IMG/VR virus record: IMGVR_UViG_3300037459_000160
Span: 40,669-104,668 of that record
Strand: one strand, 5' to 3'
Source of the DNA: a virus
DNA length: 64,000 nt
Position numbers and translations under genes: made by a program. The notes beneath the pieces were generated by a model that was not told where the DNA came from, searched no databases, and saw only the letters and a program-made list of their open reading frames with translations. Of the stretch, positions 20,205 through 30,876 are shown piece after piece (position 1 is the stretch's first letter; each line of letters opens with the position of its first letter).

Positions 20205-20573
20205 ATGGGACAAACTTTCGCGGATAAAGAATGCTCTTGGGGCGATTTTACCGTAGGGCGTAGCAACCCCTCGGGTACCGTCGTCCGGTTTACGGCCGTT
20301 GACCCATGCAATTTGTTGACCACTTCCAAGACCGTTCGCATGGTGTTGGCCGATGCTATCGACCAATTTATTGCGGATGAACGTGCGGATTTGGACGCAA
20401 ACGGCGATTCCATCGTTAAGGGTTCCGATGAGTTTCCGGGTTCCGGCGACGGTTTTTCTGTCGTTGACTGGAACTTTGACGGCAAGTTTGCGGACATTGA
20501 TTTGACTTCGTTTGCCAACATTGACACCTCAACTGACATTACCGTTGAAACACCTTACGCCGACGTGATCTAA
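20205..20573 (+). CDS. Hypothetical acidic protein
   Basis: SD AGGGAG; 122 aa. Confidence 0.65.
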   Translation: MGQTFADKECSWGDFTVGRSNPSGTVVRFTAVDPCNLLTTSKTVRMVLADAIDQFIADERADLDANGDSIVKGSDEFPGSGDGFSVVDWNFDGKFADIDLTSFANIDTSTDITVETPYADVI

Positions 20574-20620
20574 ACGCCGGCAGCGGGTGAATTGAGTACG
20601 AAGTACAGGAACGGAAAGCA

Positions 20621-20950
20621 ATGGAAAACGAAACCACAACGGAAATCCGCGAGCCGGCCGAGCCGGTACTTTTCCGAACCAAGGATTTGAACCAAGCGGC
20701 TTATTTTTGGTGCCTTCCCGGTGCCGATATGTACGAAATTGAGGGGGATTCTAAGCACCACGCAAATACGGTTTTGTACTTTAAGTTTCGTTTGTCGGAA
20801 ACTACCGAGGCTCAACTTAAAACGCATTTGTTTGATTATGCAAACGAGCGTTGTAAAGTGGAGCCTCAAGCTTATGTTCGGAAGCAGAATAATGTGCGTG
20901 ATTTGTTACACGCGAATTTGCGGAAAATCAAGGCGGAACGCGAAGGATAG
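20621..20950 (+). CDS. DUF5659-like phage protein
   Basis: F.T.DL..AAY motif (family recalled from memory). Confidence 0.55.
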   Translation: MENETTTEIREPAEPVLFRTKDLNQAAYFWCLPGADMYEIEGDSKHHANTVLYFKFRLSETTEAQLKTHLFDYANERCKVEPQAYVRKQNNVRDLLHANLRKIKAEREG

Positions 20951-20958
20951 AAACGAAA

Positions 20959-21402
20959 ATGGAAACGCAAACGAAAACTACGGAGTCGGAACGCCAACTA
21001 AATCTCGGAATTCCGGTTACTCTCAAAAAGCTCGGCGATGTTCACGTTAAGGAATTGGGCCTTGAGGACATTGTTAAGTGTGCGAAAGAGCTTGCCACGT
21101 TGGTAAGTGTTATTGACTTTGGCAAAAAGATTGATGGGGGCGAAATGCTCGCCATTATCATGTCAGAGCCCGCGACCCTCCAAGCCCTCAAAGTTTTTGC
21201 GGCAGCCTCTTGCGATCGACAACCCGGCGATTTTGACAACATGGGCCCGGCCGATTGGTTGCGGATTGCGATTGCGGTTAAAGAGGTAAACGATTGGGAG
21301 GAACTTGCCGAACTTTTTCGTCAAACGGGCCTCGCCGAAAAAATGTTCTCGGCGGTTCAAGCGAAAAAGACCAAGGCCCCGCCGATACTATCGCAAACCT
21401 AG
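20959..21402 (+). CDS. Tail assembly chaperone (gpG-like)
   Basis: Lies before the tape measure gene; an overlapping -1 frame ORF follows. Confidence 0.75.
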   Translation: METQTKTTESERQLNLGIPVTLKKLGDVHVKELGLEDIVKCAKELATLVSVIDFGKKIDGGEMLAIIMSEPATLQALKVFAAASCDRQPGDFDNMGPADWLRIAIAVKEVNDWEELAELFRQTGLAEKMFSAVQAKKTKAPPILSQT

Positions 21403-21680
21403 TAGACCAATTTGCGGGCGAATATGGTTGGACAACGGAGCAAGTTGTTAGGCACACTTACCACCAACTCAAAATGCTCGCCCGGCAAATTAGTTTGCGA
21501 AAATACGACGACCGGCGAGTATTTGCAGACTCGATGCGAGTTGCCGCTAATGGGGATCGAAGCCAATTTGAGAAATATATTGATTCGTTAAAGCCCGAGG
21601 GATTGGACGAACGGACGAAAACGGAAACCTCGGGGGGTATGAATATCCCACAAGGTTTTGTGGTTACGGAGGATTTTTGA
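21363..21680 (+). CDS. Tail assembly chaperone -1 frameshift extension (gpT-like)
   Basis: Open -1 frame (..FAGEYGWTTEQV..) with no good start of its own; G_AAA_AAG at 21363-21369. Confidence 0.7.
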   Translation, partial: EKDQGPADTIANLVDQFAGEYGWTTEQVVRHTYHQLKMLARQISLRKYDDRRVFADSMRVAANGDRSQFEKYIDSLKPEGLDERTKTETSGGMNIPQGFVVTEDF

Positions 21681-21684
21681 ACCG

Positions 21685-24600
21685 ATGGCAACGCTAGGTG
21701 AGGCCGTAATTAAGGTAATTGCGGACCTTAGCAATTTTACGGCCAACATGAACAAAGCCGGGGCCCAAATGAAGGCTTTCGGCCAAGGCGTTCAAAAAGT
21801 TGGCTCAAGCCTAACGGCGGTGGGGGTAGCGGCGGCAACAGCCGGGGCGGCCCTACTTGCAATGTGGGCCCCCGCTATCATTGCCGGGGCTCAATTCGAG
21901 CAATCAATGGCGGGTGTAAAAGCCGTCATGGGCGATTTGCAATCCGGCACCGAGCTTGCAACTCAAAACTTTGAAAGGTTAAACGAGAAAGCCAAGGAAC
22001 TAGGTTCAACAACCAAATTTTCGGCCTCACAAGTTGCCGAGGCGATGGAATTTTTGGGTCTTGCGGGATTTACAACGGAACAAGCCTTAACCGGCGTTGG
22101 TGATGTTCTTGCCCTTGCCTCGGCGGGGGCTTTGGATCTTGCCCGAGCCTCGGATATTGCTTCGGATTCAATGTCCGCCTTTGGATTAACGGCCGCCGAT
22201 ATTGGGCGAGTGGCCGACGTATTCGCGGCAGCGGCAGCGGCATCGAATACAAGCGTTGAGCAACTTTCCGAGGCGATGAAATTTGGTGCCCCCGTTGCGG
22301 CCGGGTTCGGCCAATCCATTGAGGAAACAGCGGCGGCAATGGGTATCCTTGCCAATCAAGGCATTAAGGGCTCGGCGGCCGGAACGGCAATCGGCCAAGT
22401 GTTTGCAAACCTTGCCTCACGTATGGAAAATGCCGATGAGGTATTAAGGCAATACGGTTCATCGTTTGACGCGGTTGACCCAAGCATACGGAGCCTCTCG
22501 GAAATCGTTGACGAATTCCGACGCATTAACATTGATGCGGCCGATTCGATGAATATTTTAGGTATCCGGGGCGGCCGGGCTATGCTTGCGTTACAAAACG
22601 CCAGCAAAACCGAACTAGGGGCCGTGCGGGATGCCATTAACGGAGCGGCCGGGGCAGCCGAGCGAATGGCGGCCATCCGGTTTGATACGGTTCAAGGAAA
22701 CTTTATTGCATTCAAGTCGGCGGTTGAGGGGCTCCAAGTTTCCGTATTTGAATCAATCGCCCCCGTACTTCGCGAGGTTATCAAAACTTCAACCGAAGTT
22801 GTAAACCGAATCAAAGCATGGGTTGAGGCCAATCAACCTCTCGTACAACAGATTTTCAAAATTACCACGGGGATCGGTAGTTTCTTGCTTGCCCTTGGGC
22901 TCATTCTCATACCCCTCGGGTTCATCATTACGCAAGTGGGGGCGGTAATTGCAACGCTTGGGGCGTTGGCGGCTCAAGTAACCGTCGTTGGGGCAGCAAT
23001 TGCGGCCGGAATCGGGGCGGTTGCTATCCCGATTATTGCGGCCTTTATCGCCAATTGGGATAAGCTCGCTAAGGCGTTTAACGCATTATGGATTGGCATT
23101 ATTAAGCCCGTTATTGATGGGTTGAGGGAGGGGTTCGCCTCGGCGTGGAACGATTTCCTCAAGCCGGCATTTGATGCGTTAAAAACCGCAATCGGTGAGT
23201 TGATTGATATTTGGGTTGATCTTTTTGGAGTCCTTGGGGAAGGCGAGAGTATTTGGAAAAACCTTGCAAATATTCTTGCTCAAGTGCTTGTGTTTGCGAT
23301 TTCAGCGGTACTCGTTGTAATTCGGGCTTTGGTGGAAATTGGCAAGGTTGCGTCTCAAATTTACGTGGCCCTCGCCGATGTAATGATTGCGGCAGCCCGA
23401 GCAATGGGTTTCATTTCTAAAGAGACCAAAACACTAACCGAAGCCCAAGAGGATCAAGCAAAGCAACTCGCCGAGTTTGAAAAGGGCGTAAAAGGCGTTG
23501 CCGATGGTTTCCGCAACAAGGCGAACGCGGCCAAACTCGCCCAAGCTGAGGATCAAAAAGCAATTCAATTGCTTGAAAAACAAGACAAGCTCGGGGGAAC
23601 CCAACTCAATCAACTTAAGAAATTGCAAGAGGCCGGCCGAGGCGGGGTGGCTACGATTAAAGAAAGGCTCGCGGTTCGCGAGCAGGAAATTGTCTTACTT
23701 GACCGATTGATTGCCAAAGGTAAAGAAGCCGGGGCCGATGTTGATTTTGAAATAAAGACCCGCGAGAAAATACTTGCCGAACGCGATAAAGAGCTTAAGT
23801 TACTTGAGCGAATCGGAGCAGTTGAGCAAAAGTTTGGGGGCGGGGCAGCCGGCCGCGAGAAAGAAAAAACCCGACTTGAGGAAGTAAACAAAGCCCTCAA
23901 AGAACGCGAAAGCGTTTTGATTGATCAAATTGAGCGAGAGGTTGACGCGGGCCGGGCAGCCGGGAAATTTCGCGAGGAGTTGGCCAAACTCCAACAACAG
24001 TTACAAGACAACCAAGCGGCCGTGCGGAGCCTCAACGACATTGAGAAAAACTTTGGGGATCAACAATTAACAAACGCGGCAGCGACCGGGGCCCGGCTTG
24101 AGCAACTTGCCAAAGAAAAAGAAATCCGCAAAGCGGCGGCCGATGCCGAGAAAGCCCAATCAGCAACCCGCCAAAAGATTGATGAGATACGAAAGGGTAT
24201 TGAGGCGGCCCGAGCCGCGAGCCTTAAAAACGAATTGACGCAAATTGAAGATACGCGGATTGCTAGTCAAAACCTTATACAGACTAGGCGGGATGAGGTT
24301 GCGGCAATACAGGCTCAAGATAGGATGCTAGGCAAGCATAATGAGCTTTTGGAGAAAGAGCGGATTGAGCTTGACGGGTTGAGCAAGGCGATTGACCAAA
24401 ACGCGGCCAAGCAACAAGAGGCCGCGAGGGCTCGCTTGTCTGAGGGCCGTGAGGATACGTTACGCACGTTAAAGATTCAACAAGCCGAGCGGAACAAGGA
24501 CGCGGTTGGGGCCGAGCGGTTGCGGCTCCAAAAGGAAAAGGAAAACTTTGAAAAGCATTTGGATGAGGTTTTCCAACTTGACGGGAAAAACAACGAACGC

Positions 24601-25572
24601 ATTTTGAAGCAACGAAGCGAGGCCATTGATCTATTCAACCGCGAGCAACGGGCCAAGTTGGGCGAGGCGTTTAAGCAACAGGATAAGGGCCAAATCGTAC
24701 AAGTTGCCGAACGTGAGGCCGATCTTGAGGGCAAAATACTTGATAAGCTAGTTGGGCAAGTAAAGAACGTTCAACAACTTTTTCAGTTGTACACGGCGAT
24801 TGCGATTATCCGAAACGTACAAGAGCAACGAGCAATTCAAGCCGCCGAAAGGGCAGCGGCAGCCGAGCAACGATTGGCCCGGTTCCAAGAACGCCGAGGC
24901 CGACAAGCGGGAGCCAACCCGGTACTTGACCAGCAAATTGCAAAGGCCGAGCGAACCGTAAAATTGTTGGATGCAATTGCGGGTAAGCGGGCGGGCGAGG
25001 CTCAACTTGGCGACGTTGCGGCCAATCAAGCTATTCAAGAACTAGAAGTGTTACGCCAAAAGCTATTTAAGATTCGGGAAGCAATTGCAGAATTACGCGG
25101 TCAAATTCGCCAGGAACTAGATAACGTTGCCCTTGATTTTGCAGCGGCTCCCCAATTGTGGGTTGATGCGTTTATTGGGGCATGGGCAGCGGCAGCCCAA
25201 CAGATCGTTGCCGAGGTATTGGCGACGATGGCCCAAGTTAAAGACGCAATGGACCCGACTTTACGGCAATCGCCGAGCCTTGTTGATGTTTGGGGAAAGA
25301 ACGTTGATACGGTCAAACAAGGCATCGCTCGGATGGGCCAAGCGATCCAACAGAATACGCCCCGCCTGAGTGCCCTCAATGCCTCACAAGCGGGCGTTGC
25401 GGCTCCCGTGGGTCTTTCGGCCGGTGGATTCACGGGGGCCGTACAGCCCCGCGAGAACAACGACAATCGGCGTATTGATATGCAGATTTCAAACAACGTT
25501 GATGGCGACAACCTACAAAGGATCATTGCACAAGGCATTGGCCGGGCAAACATGCTCGGCGGTTCAATATAG
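21685..25572 (+). CDS. Tape measure protein (TP901-like core)
   Basis: About 1295 aa; FEQSMA.V.A...A.ELG.TT.FSA.Q.A.AM..L..AG, L.N.GIKGS.AGT; long Ala-rich helical body. Confidence 0.95.
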   Translation: MATLGEAVIKVIADLSNFTANMNKAGAQMKAFGQGVQKVGSSLTAVGVAAATAGAALLAMWAPAIIAGAQFEQSMAGVKAVMGDLQSGTELATQNFERLNEKAKELGSTTKFSASQVAEAMEFLGLAGFTTEQALTGVGDVLALASAGALDLARASDIASDSMSAFGLTAADIGRVADVFAAAAAASNTSVEQLSEAMKFGAPVAAGFGQSIEETAAAMGILANQGIKGSAAGTAIGQVFANLASRMENADEVLRQYGSSFDAVDPSIRSLSEIVDEFRRINIDAADSMNILGIRGGRAMLALQNASKTELGAVRDAINGAAGAAERMAAIRFDTVQGNFIAFKSAVEGLQVSVFESIAPVLREVIKTSTEVVNRIKAWVEANQPLVQQIFKITTGIGSFLLALGLILIPLGFIITQVGAVIATLGALAAQVTVVGAAIAAGIGAVAIPIIAAFIANWDKLAKAFNALWIGIIKPVIDGLREGFASAWNDFLKPAFDALKTAIGELIDIWVDLFGVLGEGESIWKNLANILAQVLVFAISAVLVVIRALVEIGKVASQIYVALADVMIAAARAMGFISKETKTLTEAQEDQAKQLAEFEKGVKGVADGFRNKANAAKLAQAEDQKAIQLLEKQDKLGGTQLNQLKKLQEAGRGGVATIKERLAVREQEIVLLDRLIAKGKEAGADVDFEIKTREKILAERDKELKLLERIGAVEQKFGGGAAGREKEKTRLEEVNKALKERESVLIDQIEREVDAGRAAGKFREELAKLQQQLQDNQAAVRSLNDIEKNFGDQQLTNAAATGARLEQLAKEKEIRKAAADAEKAQSATRQKIDEIRKGIEAARAASLKNELTQIEDTRIASQNLIQTRRDEVAAIQAQDRMLGKHNELLEKERIELDGLSKAIDQNAAKQQEAARARLSEGREDTLRTLKIQQAERNKDAVGAERLRLQKEKENFEKHLDEVFQLDGKNNERILKQRSEAIDLFNREQRAKLGEAFKQQDKGQIVQVAEREADLEGKILDKLVGQVKNVQQLFQLYTAIAIIRNVQEQRAIQAAERAAAAEQRLARFQERRGRQAGANPVLDQQIAKAERTVKLLDAIAGKRAGEAQLGDVAANQAIQELEVLRQKLFKIREAIAELRGQIRQELDNVALDFAAAPQLWVDAFIGAWAAAAQQIVAEVLATMAQVKDAMDPTLRQSPSLVDVWGKNVDTVKQGIARMGQAIQQNTPRLSALNASQAGVAAPVGLSAGGFTGAVQPRENNDNRRIDMQISNNVDGDNLQRIIAQGIGRANMLGGSI

Positions 25573-25582
25573 GCGGCCAAAG

Positions 25583-25969
25583 ATGGCAATCGTAATCGCA
25601 ACCCTTGACGGTAATAATTTGCCAACGCAATTCTCGTATCAACCGTACAGCCCCCGAAAGCGGGTGAGTGTTACGGGCACGGCCGGGGCTGTAATCACAC
25701 AAGCGGCAACCCCGGTAATCGTTCACGGGGATTCTACAGTTTCTTGGCAATGTCCTACGTGTTTTCCCTTTGAATATATGACGTTTCGTAATTTGTTTGA
25801 AGTTGCCGATTTGACTTTGTACACATTTACGGGATATTGGGGTGAGGTTTACGAGGTACGCTTTTCCGCGTTTGACCCGCCGAGCGTACGAGGCAGATTG
25901 TTCGATTTAAGCGGGCAATTTGTTGTGGTTTGCGTTACAACTGAAATTAACGCGGCATGTTCAAGCTAG
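25583..25969 (+). CDS. Distal tail/baseplate-like protein
   Basis: Directly after the TMP; likely start ATG 25583. Confidence 0.6.
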   Translation: MAIVIATLDGNNLPTQFSYQPYSPRKRVSVTGTAGAVITQAATPVIVHGDSTVSWQCPTCFPFEYMTFRNLFEVADLTLYTFTGYWGEVYEVRFSAFDPPSVRGRLFDLSGQFVVVCVTTEINAACSS

Positions 25970-25981
25970 GCGGGGTATTCA

Positions 25982-28462
25982 GTGGCCGGCCCTTACGTCA
26001 TACAAACGCTTTACAGTTACGCCCAACTCCCCTCAACGACTTGGCGTACCGATGTAATTCTCGAAACTCCCGAGTTGTTGGCCCCTCCCGATGGCGATAA
26101 TCTTTGCCCGTCTAATGCCGATGAGCCGGATGGGCCCGGCGATTCTTTGATTGATATGACTTGGCGAACGGTAAGTGGTGCCACGTTTTATATCGTTCAA
26201 ATTTGTAACAATTCAAGTTTCCACGGGCCAACGCTTCGCTCGGTTAAACGCCCGGCGACGGGCGGCAGTACCCAAACATTTGTACCCGAGGCCGACGTTG
26301 ATATACGGTTATCAGAGACCGTACATTGGCGGGTGATGGCTTACAACACAACGGGTGGGGTTTCTCAAAAATCCGATGCTTGGAGTTACACTTACGATTG
26401 TGACGATGACCCCGGCAGCGGGGGGAACAAGGGGAAAACGTCGAAACCAAGCCCGCCCTCGGGCAGTGGGCCGGGCGGTGTTGGCGGGCACAATAAACCG
26501 AAGTGTGAGAAATTCAACATAAAGGTTAATATTGACGGGCCCGCTCAAACGATGTGTTCTGACGCCGTTATGTATCATTTGCAAGCGGCGTACGCTTGTA
26601 AGGATGCGGACGGGGCCGATTTAATCGGGATATTCGCGGTTATTTGGGAAGTGTTTCCAGCCCCCGACAGCGGGCCCCCGTTTTTCTTTCCGTGCGTTTC
26701 AATTCGTGCTCAAAATAAAAACCTTTGCGTTCTCGATATTACCAAGTGTAAAAGCTCGCAAACGTTTTTGCTCCGTTGTAACGTGATTTTTGAAAACAAG
26801 ATTGACGCAACCAAACTTAATTGCGTTGCCGAAAAGCGAATTTTTGTTGATTGTGAAACGGGAAAAAATGAGTACAAGCCTTGGCTCTTGAACAATTACA
26901 TTAACGATCCGGTCGGGTATTACCCTAACTCGATAATTTACACTCATCCCGATTATCACGACGACACTATTGCCGAGATTCCCAACGAAACGTTACCTTT
27001 GGGAAAAACGAAAGTTGTTACCCCACTCGGATCAACGGAGGGGCAGGGCCTATCCGAAAAGAAAAAGGGAATTGGAGTTGGCCCGGTAATTCGATTCGCG
27101 ATTGAGGATTTGGGTAAGGCGGATTCGGGAACAACGTTTGAGGGCAAGCCGGGTGTACCGTTCCCCGGCAGAATGGCCGGCGAAAAAAAGGAAGCTCGCA
27201 TACACATTCCGTTAGGTTGCGGATTGTCGATTGATACCACGGTTCCGGCCGGCGAAAAGAAAATTGGGATTGACCTTGAGGAACTAATAGGGGAATCGGG
27301 TTCCCGCGTTGGGTTGGAACCAAACGTTGATAATGAGGCTAATGAGACGTGTTTGATTGAGGTTGCGGTTGGATGCGGTACCGCGATTTACAATGAGGCC
27401 GTTGTTGTTGATGAGGTGGATTTAGCGGGCCGGGGCCTTGAATCGGCCTCAAGCAATACGGCGGCCGAATGTGCCCTTGACGTTAAACTTGGCGAGTGTC
27501 TTGAGTTTGATGCAAATGATGCCATTGCTTTTGATAAAAATTGCCTTGTCTATGCTACTTCCTACATAAACTATGGTTGTGGTCTCAAATTAGAATCGGG
27601 CAAACTTGTTGTCAATCCAGTAGATTTGGCCGGCCCCGGTCTTGAGATTTACGGCGATTGCGGCCTTAAGATTGATCAAGGTTGCGGCCTTATCATAACG
27701 GGCGGAACAACCTTAGAAGTAAATAACATCGACCTAGTTGAGGGCCCCGGCCTCTCGGTTTACGGCGATGATTGCGGGATACAAGTTGACATAGGTTGCG
27801 GCCTTGAATTTACGGCGGGCCAAGTGGCCGTTGATACGGCGACACTCGCCGGCCCCGGTATTGACGATTATGTTGGTTGCGGGTTTCAAGTTGACCCCGG
27901 TTGCGGTCTCAAACTTTCGGACAACACGAAAGCCGCGAGTTTACAGGTTGACAATACCGAGCTTGTGGGTCCCGGTCTTTTGCCGTATGGCGATTGTGGG
28001 CTAGAGATTTCCACGGGTTGTGGTCTTGAAATTGGCCTTCTCAACACCTTGCAAGTTGCAAATGATGAGCTAGCCGGCAAAGGGCTTTCGGCATACGGAA
28101 CATGCGAACTTGAGGCCGATCTTGCCGCGTGCGGTGGGCTCGATTTCACCGTTAGTGATGAGATTGAGGTTGACCACGTTAAGACCCACGATTACACATT
28201 TCACACAATTAAGGATGATAATTCAGCGATTGCCCTTACTCTTTCGGGTTGCGAATTGAAATTAACGTTGACGTTGGTTGAGCAAAGAATTGGTTCTAAT
28301 TGCGGGGGCGTACATTTTGGGAATATCCCGACAGGGGCCGAGAAAATGATTTCTGGTACGATCATCTTGCCAACCTCGGAAATTGAAGTCTTGACCGGAA
28401 TTTCTGGGCTTAATTGCTATTGCACGCCGATTACCGAGACCATTAAGCACATAAATTGTTGA
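25982..28462 (+). CDS. Cys-rich tail fibre/receptor-binding-like protein with N-terminal FN3-like domain
   Basis: FN3-like W..VSGA..Y.VQ...WRV.A.N; about 8 repeats of L.G.GL..YG.CG..(I/V)D.GCGL. Confidence 0.7.
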   Translation: MAGPYVIQTLYSYAQLPSTTWRTDVILETPELLAPPDGDNLCPSNADEPDGPGDSLIDMTWRTVSGATFYIVQICNNSSFHGPTLRSVKRPATGGSTQTFVPEADVDIRLSETVHWRVMAYNTTGGVSQKSDAWSYTYDCDDDPGSGGNKGKTSKPSPPSGSGPGGVGGHNKPKCEKFNIKVNIDGPAQTMCSDAVMYHLQAAYACKDADGADLIGIFAVIWEVFPAPDSGPPFFFPCVSIRAQNKNLCVLDITKCKSSQTFLLRCNVIFENKIDATKLNCVAEKRIFVDCETGKNEYKPWLLNNYINDPVGYYPNSIIYTHPDYHDDTIAEIPNETLPLGKTKVVTPLGSTEGQGLSEKKKGIGVGPVIRFAIEDLGKADSGTTFEGKPGVPFPGRMAGEKKEARIHIPLGCGLSIDTTVPAGEKKIGIDLEELIGESGSRVGLEPNVDNEANETCLIEVAVGCGTAIYNEAVVVDEVDLAGRGLESASSNTAAECALDVKLGECLEFDANDAIAFDKNCLVYATSYINYGCGLKLESGKLVVNPVDLAGPGLEIYGDCGLKIDQGCGLIITGGTTLEVNNIDLVEGPGLSVYGDDCGIQVDIGCGLEFTAGQVAVDTATLAGPGIDDYVGCGFQVDPGCGLKLSDNTKAASLQVDNTELVGPGLLPYGDCGLEISTGCGLEIGLLNTLQVANDELAGKGLSAYGTCELEADLAACGGLDFTVSDEIEVDHVKTHDYTFHTIKDDNSAIALTLSGCELKLTLTLVEQRIGSNCGGVHFGNIPTGAEKMISGTIILPTSEIEVLTGISGLNCYCTPITETIKHINC

Positions 28463-28488
28463 TTGAAAAATGAAACGGAGTAACGGAA

Positions 28489-29946
28489 ATGAATGTGGAC
28501 CTATTAACAGCCGTGCGGAGTGAAACCGTAGAAACGAAACTCTTTCAATATGTGCCCTCGCGATCATCCCCCCGCATGGTCGAATTATTGCCCGAGGGTG
28601 AGATTGGACGCGGAGCCGAGGGGGAATTTGATTGTTGGAGCGTTGAGCCTCGCGGGGTCAACAAAACCCCAACGCTTGAATTTTTTAACGGGGCCAAGTT
28701 GGTATTTACAACCACACTTGATCACGCCGGAAATTGGAAAGGCCGAGACCGTACGAAAGGTACGGTTATGTTGAGGCCAATTACCAAGACTCCCGACCGT
28801 TGGAAGCAACTCGCGGACCCCGTAAGATTTTCGCAAACGCAAGCCCATCCCGACGTTGATTTACCGGATGGATTTGCGTTCTCGGATAAGTTGGCCGCTC
28901 AAATTGATTGGGCTCCATATCAATATAATCTTGCCGATCAACTTGACCAAAGTAAGCTCGTTAAAGCAAAAACGGCGGTTGCCCTTATCGGGTACAATCG
29001 CCCAACGTATTTCGGGCAAATGCTAAACGGGTTGAAGCAAAATCCTGAAATCCATAAGTTGCCTGTTTTTGCGTTTATGGATAGGACTACGCCCGAGCAA
29101 GAGACCACGACCCAAGCCCAACGCGAATTGCTCAAAGAACATTTGCCCCATGCGATCATAATTACACGACCCATTACCTTTGGGTGCGGGCGAAATATCA
29201 TTGATGCGAGGCGGCAGTTATTTGACAACCTCCAATATGAGCGGGTTTGGGTGTTTGAGGATGATTTCGTACCCGGCCCTAATTATCTTGGGGTTGTAAC
29301 GCGGCTTTTGGATTGGGGTGAAACCAATTACGGGAACGTTGGGGCAACGCAAGGTTGGGCCAAGTGTCATAAGAGCGTTGACGAAAAACGGGCGGTGTTG
29401 CGACAGGTTTGCGGTACTCACAATAATTGGTGGGGGTACCTGATGAGCAAACGAGCATGGGCCGCGATAAGTGCCCGCATTTATCGTTATGAAGAATTGT
29501 TCTTGGGTTCCCGAGACTACGGAACGCGGCCCCATAGCACAATCGCCCGTTGGTTTAGTCACCTTAGGCGAACGGCTCCCCTAGAGTTGCCCGGTCCCAA
29601 GTACCCGGTTGATGAGGCAACTAAAAAAGGGTCTCGCGGCTACTTCCAAGCCCCACCAACAGGCCAAGACGCGGTAACAATGATAACGTTTGAGCAAGCC
29701 GGTTTTGTGAGGCTTGCGACCGTTGTTAATCGCGGGGTGTACGTGGGTCAACAAGGGATTCATATGAATCCGGGGCAGTTTAGGCGGGCAGGGTATCACA
29801 ACGTTGAGTATGATGATTTTCCTGAGGATCGGCAAATAAGTGCATTTACCCCTCGCGGAGTGAACCCGGTTGCACCCGAGCCCGAGCCCGAGCCCGCCGA
29901 TGAAAATATTCCCGAGGGAATAGGAAGGCCGGCCGATGGGGGTTGA
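28489..29946 (+). CDS. GT-A fold glycosyltransferase (GT2/GNT-I-like) with N-terminal extension
   Basis: LIGYNRP.Y, F.F.D, FGCGRN, VFEDD motifs. Confidence 0.8.
   Translation: MNVDLLTAVRSETVETKLFQYVPSRSSPRMVELLPEGEIGRGAEGEFDCWSVEPRGVNKTPTLEFFNGAKLVFTTTLDHAGNWKGRDRTKGTVMLRPITKTPDRWKQLADPVRFSQTQAHPDVDLPDGFAFSDKLAAQIDWAPYQYNLADQLDQSKLVKAKTAVALIGYNRPTYFGQMLNGLKQNPEIHKLPVFAFMDRTTPEQETTTQAQRELLKEHLPHAIIITRPITFGCGRNIIDARRQLFDNLQYERVWVFEDDFVPGPNYLGVVTRLLDWGETNYGNVGATQGWAKCHKSVDEKRAVLRQVCGTHNNWWGYLMSKRAWAAISARIYRYEELFLGSRDYGTRPHSTIARWFSHLRRTAPLELPGPKYPVDEATKKGSRGYFQAPPTGQDAVTMITFEQAGFVRLATVVNRGVYVGQQGIHMNPGQFRRAGYHNVEYDDFPEDRQISAFTPRGVNPVAPEPEPEPADENIPEGIGRPADGG
29860..29875. repeat. 16-bp quasi-palindrome, copy 4 (GTGAACCCGGTTGCAC)
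   Basis: Lies in the low-complexity 3' end of the GT gene. Confidence 0.8.
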
Positions 29947-30208
29947 GAAGTCATTTATCTTAAAGACGATTTCAGTTGCCCGAGCCTTACTTACGGGCCG
30001 GTGTGTTAATGAAACTAGAATGCGGGAGCGGGTTGAGATTTGTTCCAAGTGCCCGTTAGTTGTCACAAAAGGCAAGTTTCTACGTTGTGGGGTTTGTGGG
30101 TGCCCGGCTAAGGAAAGCGGGTTGATCAACCTCGCCCGGTATGAAGAAACCGCCGCATATGGGTGCGAACACCCCGAGGGTTCACGATGGAAAGAGGCGG
30201 GAGTTTAA
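29936..30208 (+). CDS. Small Cys-rich zinc-binding protein
   Basis: R..IC..CP...C..CGC...C..P...W pattern. Confidence 0.7.
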   Translation: MGVEKSFILKTISVARALLTGRCVNETRMRERVEICSKCPLVVTKGKFLRCGVCGCPAKESGLINLARYEETAAYGCEHPEGSRWKEAGV

Positions 30209-30876
30209 TCTTTAAGCAATTCGGGGCGATGCGAACGGGCACCAACCTTGTTCGCCTTTTGGTTGTTGAGAATTTCGGTATTAAGGTTTTGGTTAATGAG
30301 GGCGGTAGCAAACACGAATTGCCCGATTTTGAAAAACTTGACGGGTTGTTGATGGGTACCCGGCCCGATTTTGGTTTTCTCATTTCAACAAAAGACCCGT
30401 ACGCATGGTTATTGAGCAAATGCAAGTTTGAGGCCCAACGTAAAGACGTTGGCGAGTTTACGCCGTTAATTCTTGAGACGTTGCGGCATGACTTGGAAGC
30501 CGGCGAGGCTCGCGACCGAGTACGTGGTTGGCTTGAGGATTACAACGCCCGTTACCGCGTTTGGTTCAACATGCCAGCCCAAGACGGGCGGGCGATAATC
30601 CGAGCCGAGGATTTATTGACGGTTGAAGGGCAAGCCGAAGTTGTTTCGGCAATTGGTGGAATTTTTGAGTTGAAACCCCCCGATAATTTGGTTACGTTTA
30701 CTCGCCGAATCTTACCTAATGGCGGGCGACGTGGGCCGTTTAACGCGGGGTTTTATCAATCGGGAGAATACCTAGCGGCATTGCCCGAGAGTGCCCAACG
30801 GCTCATTGAGGAAATCGTTGATTGGGAACTTTTTGAACCTCTAGGATATGGACCCTTGGCCAATGAGTACAGTTGA
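30187..30876 (+). CDS. Sulfotransferase-like P-loop protein
   Basis: G..RTGTN (5'-PSB-like), KH, KDPYAW..S (3'-PB-like), IR.EDL, C-terminal LGY. Confidence 0.7.
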   Translation: MERGGSLIFKQFGAMRTGTNLVRLLVVENFGIKVLVNEGGSKHELPDFEKLDGLLMGTRPDFGFLISTKDPYAWLLSKCKFEAQRKDVGEFTPLILETLRHDLEAGEARDRVRGWLEDYNARYRVWFNMPAQDGRAIIRAEDLLTVEGQAEVVSAIGGIFELKPPDNLVTFTRRILPNGGRRGPFNAGFYQSGEYLAALPESAQRLIEEIVDWELFEPLGYGPLANEYS

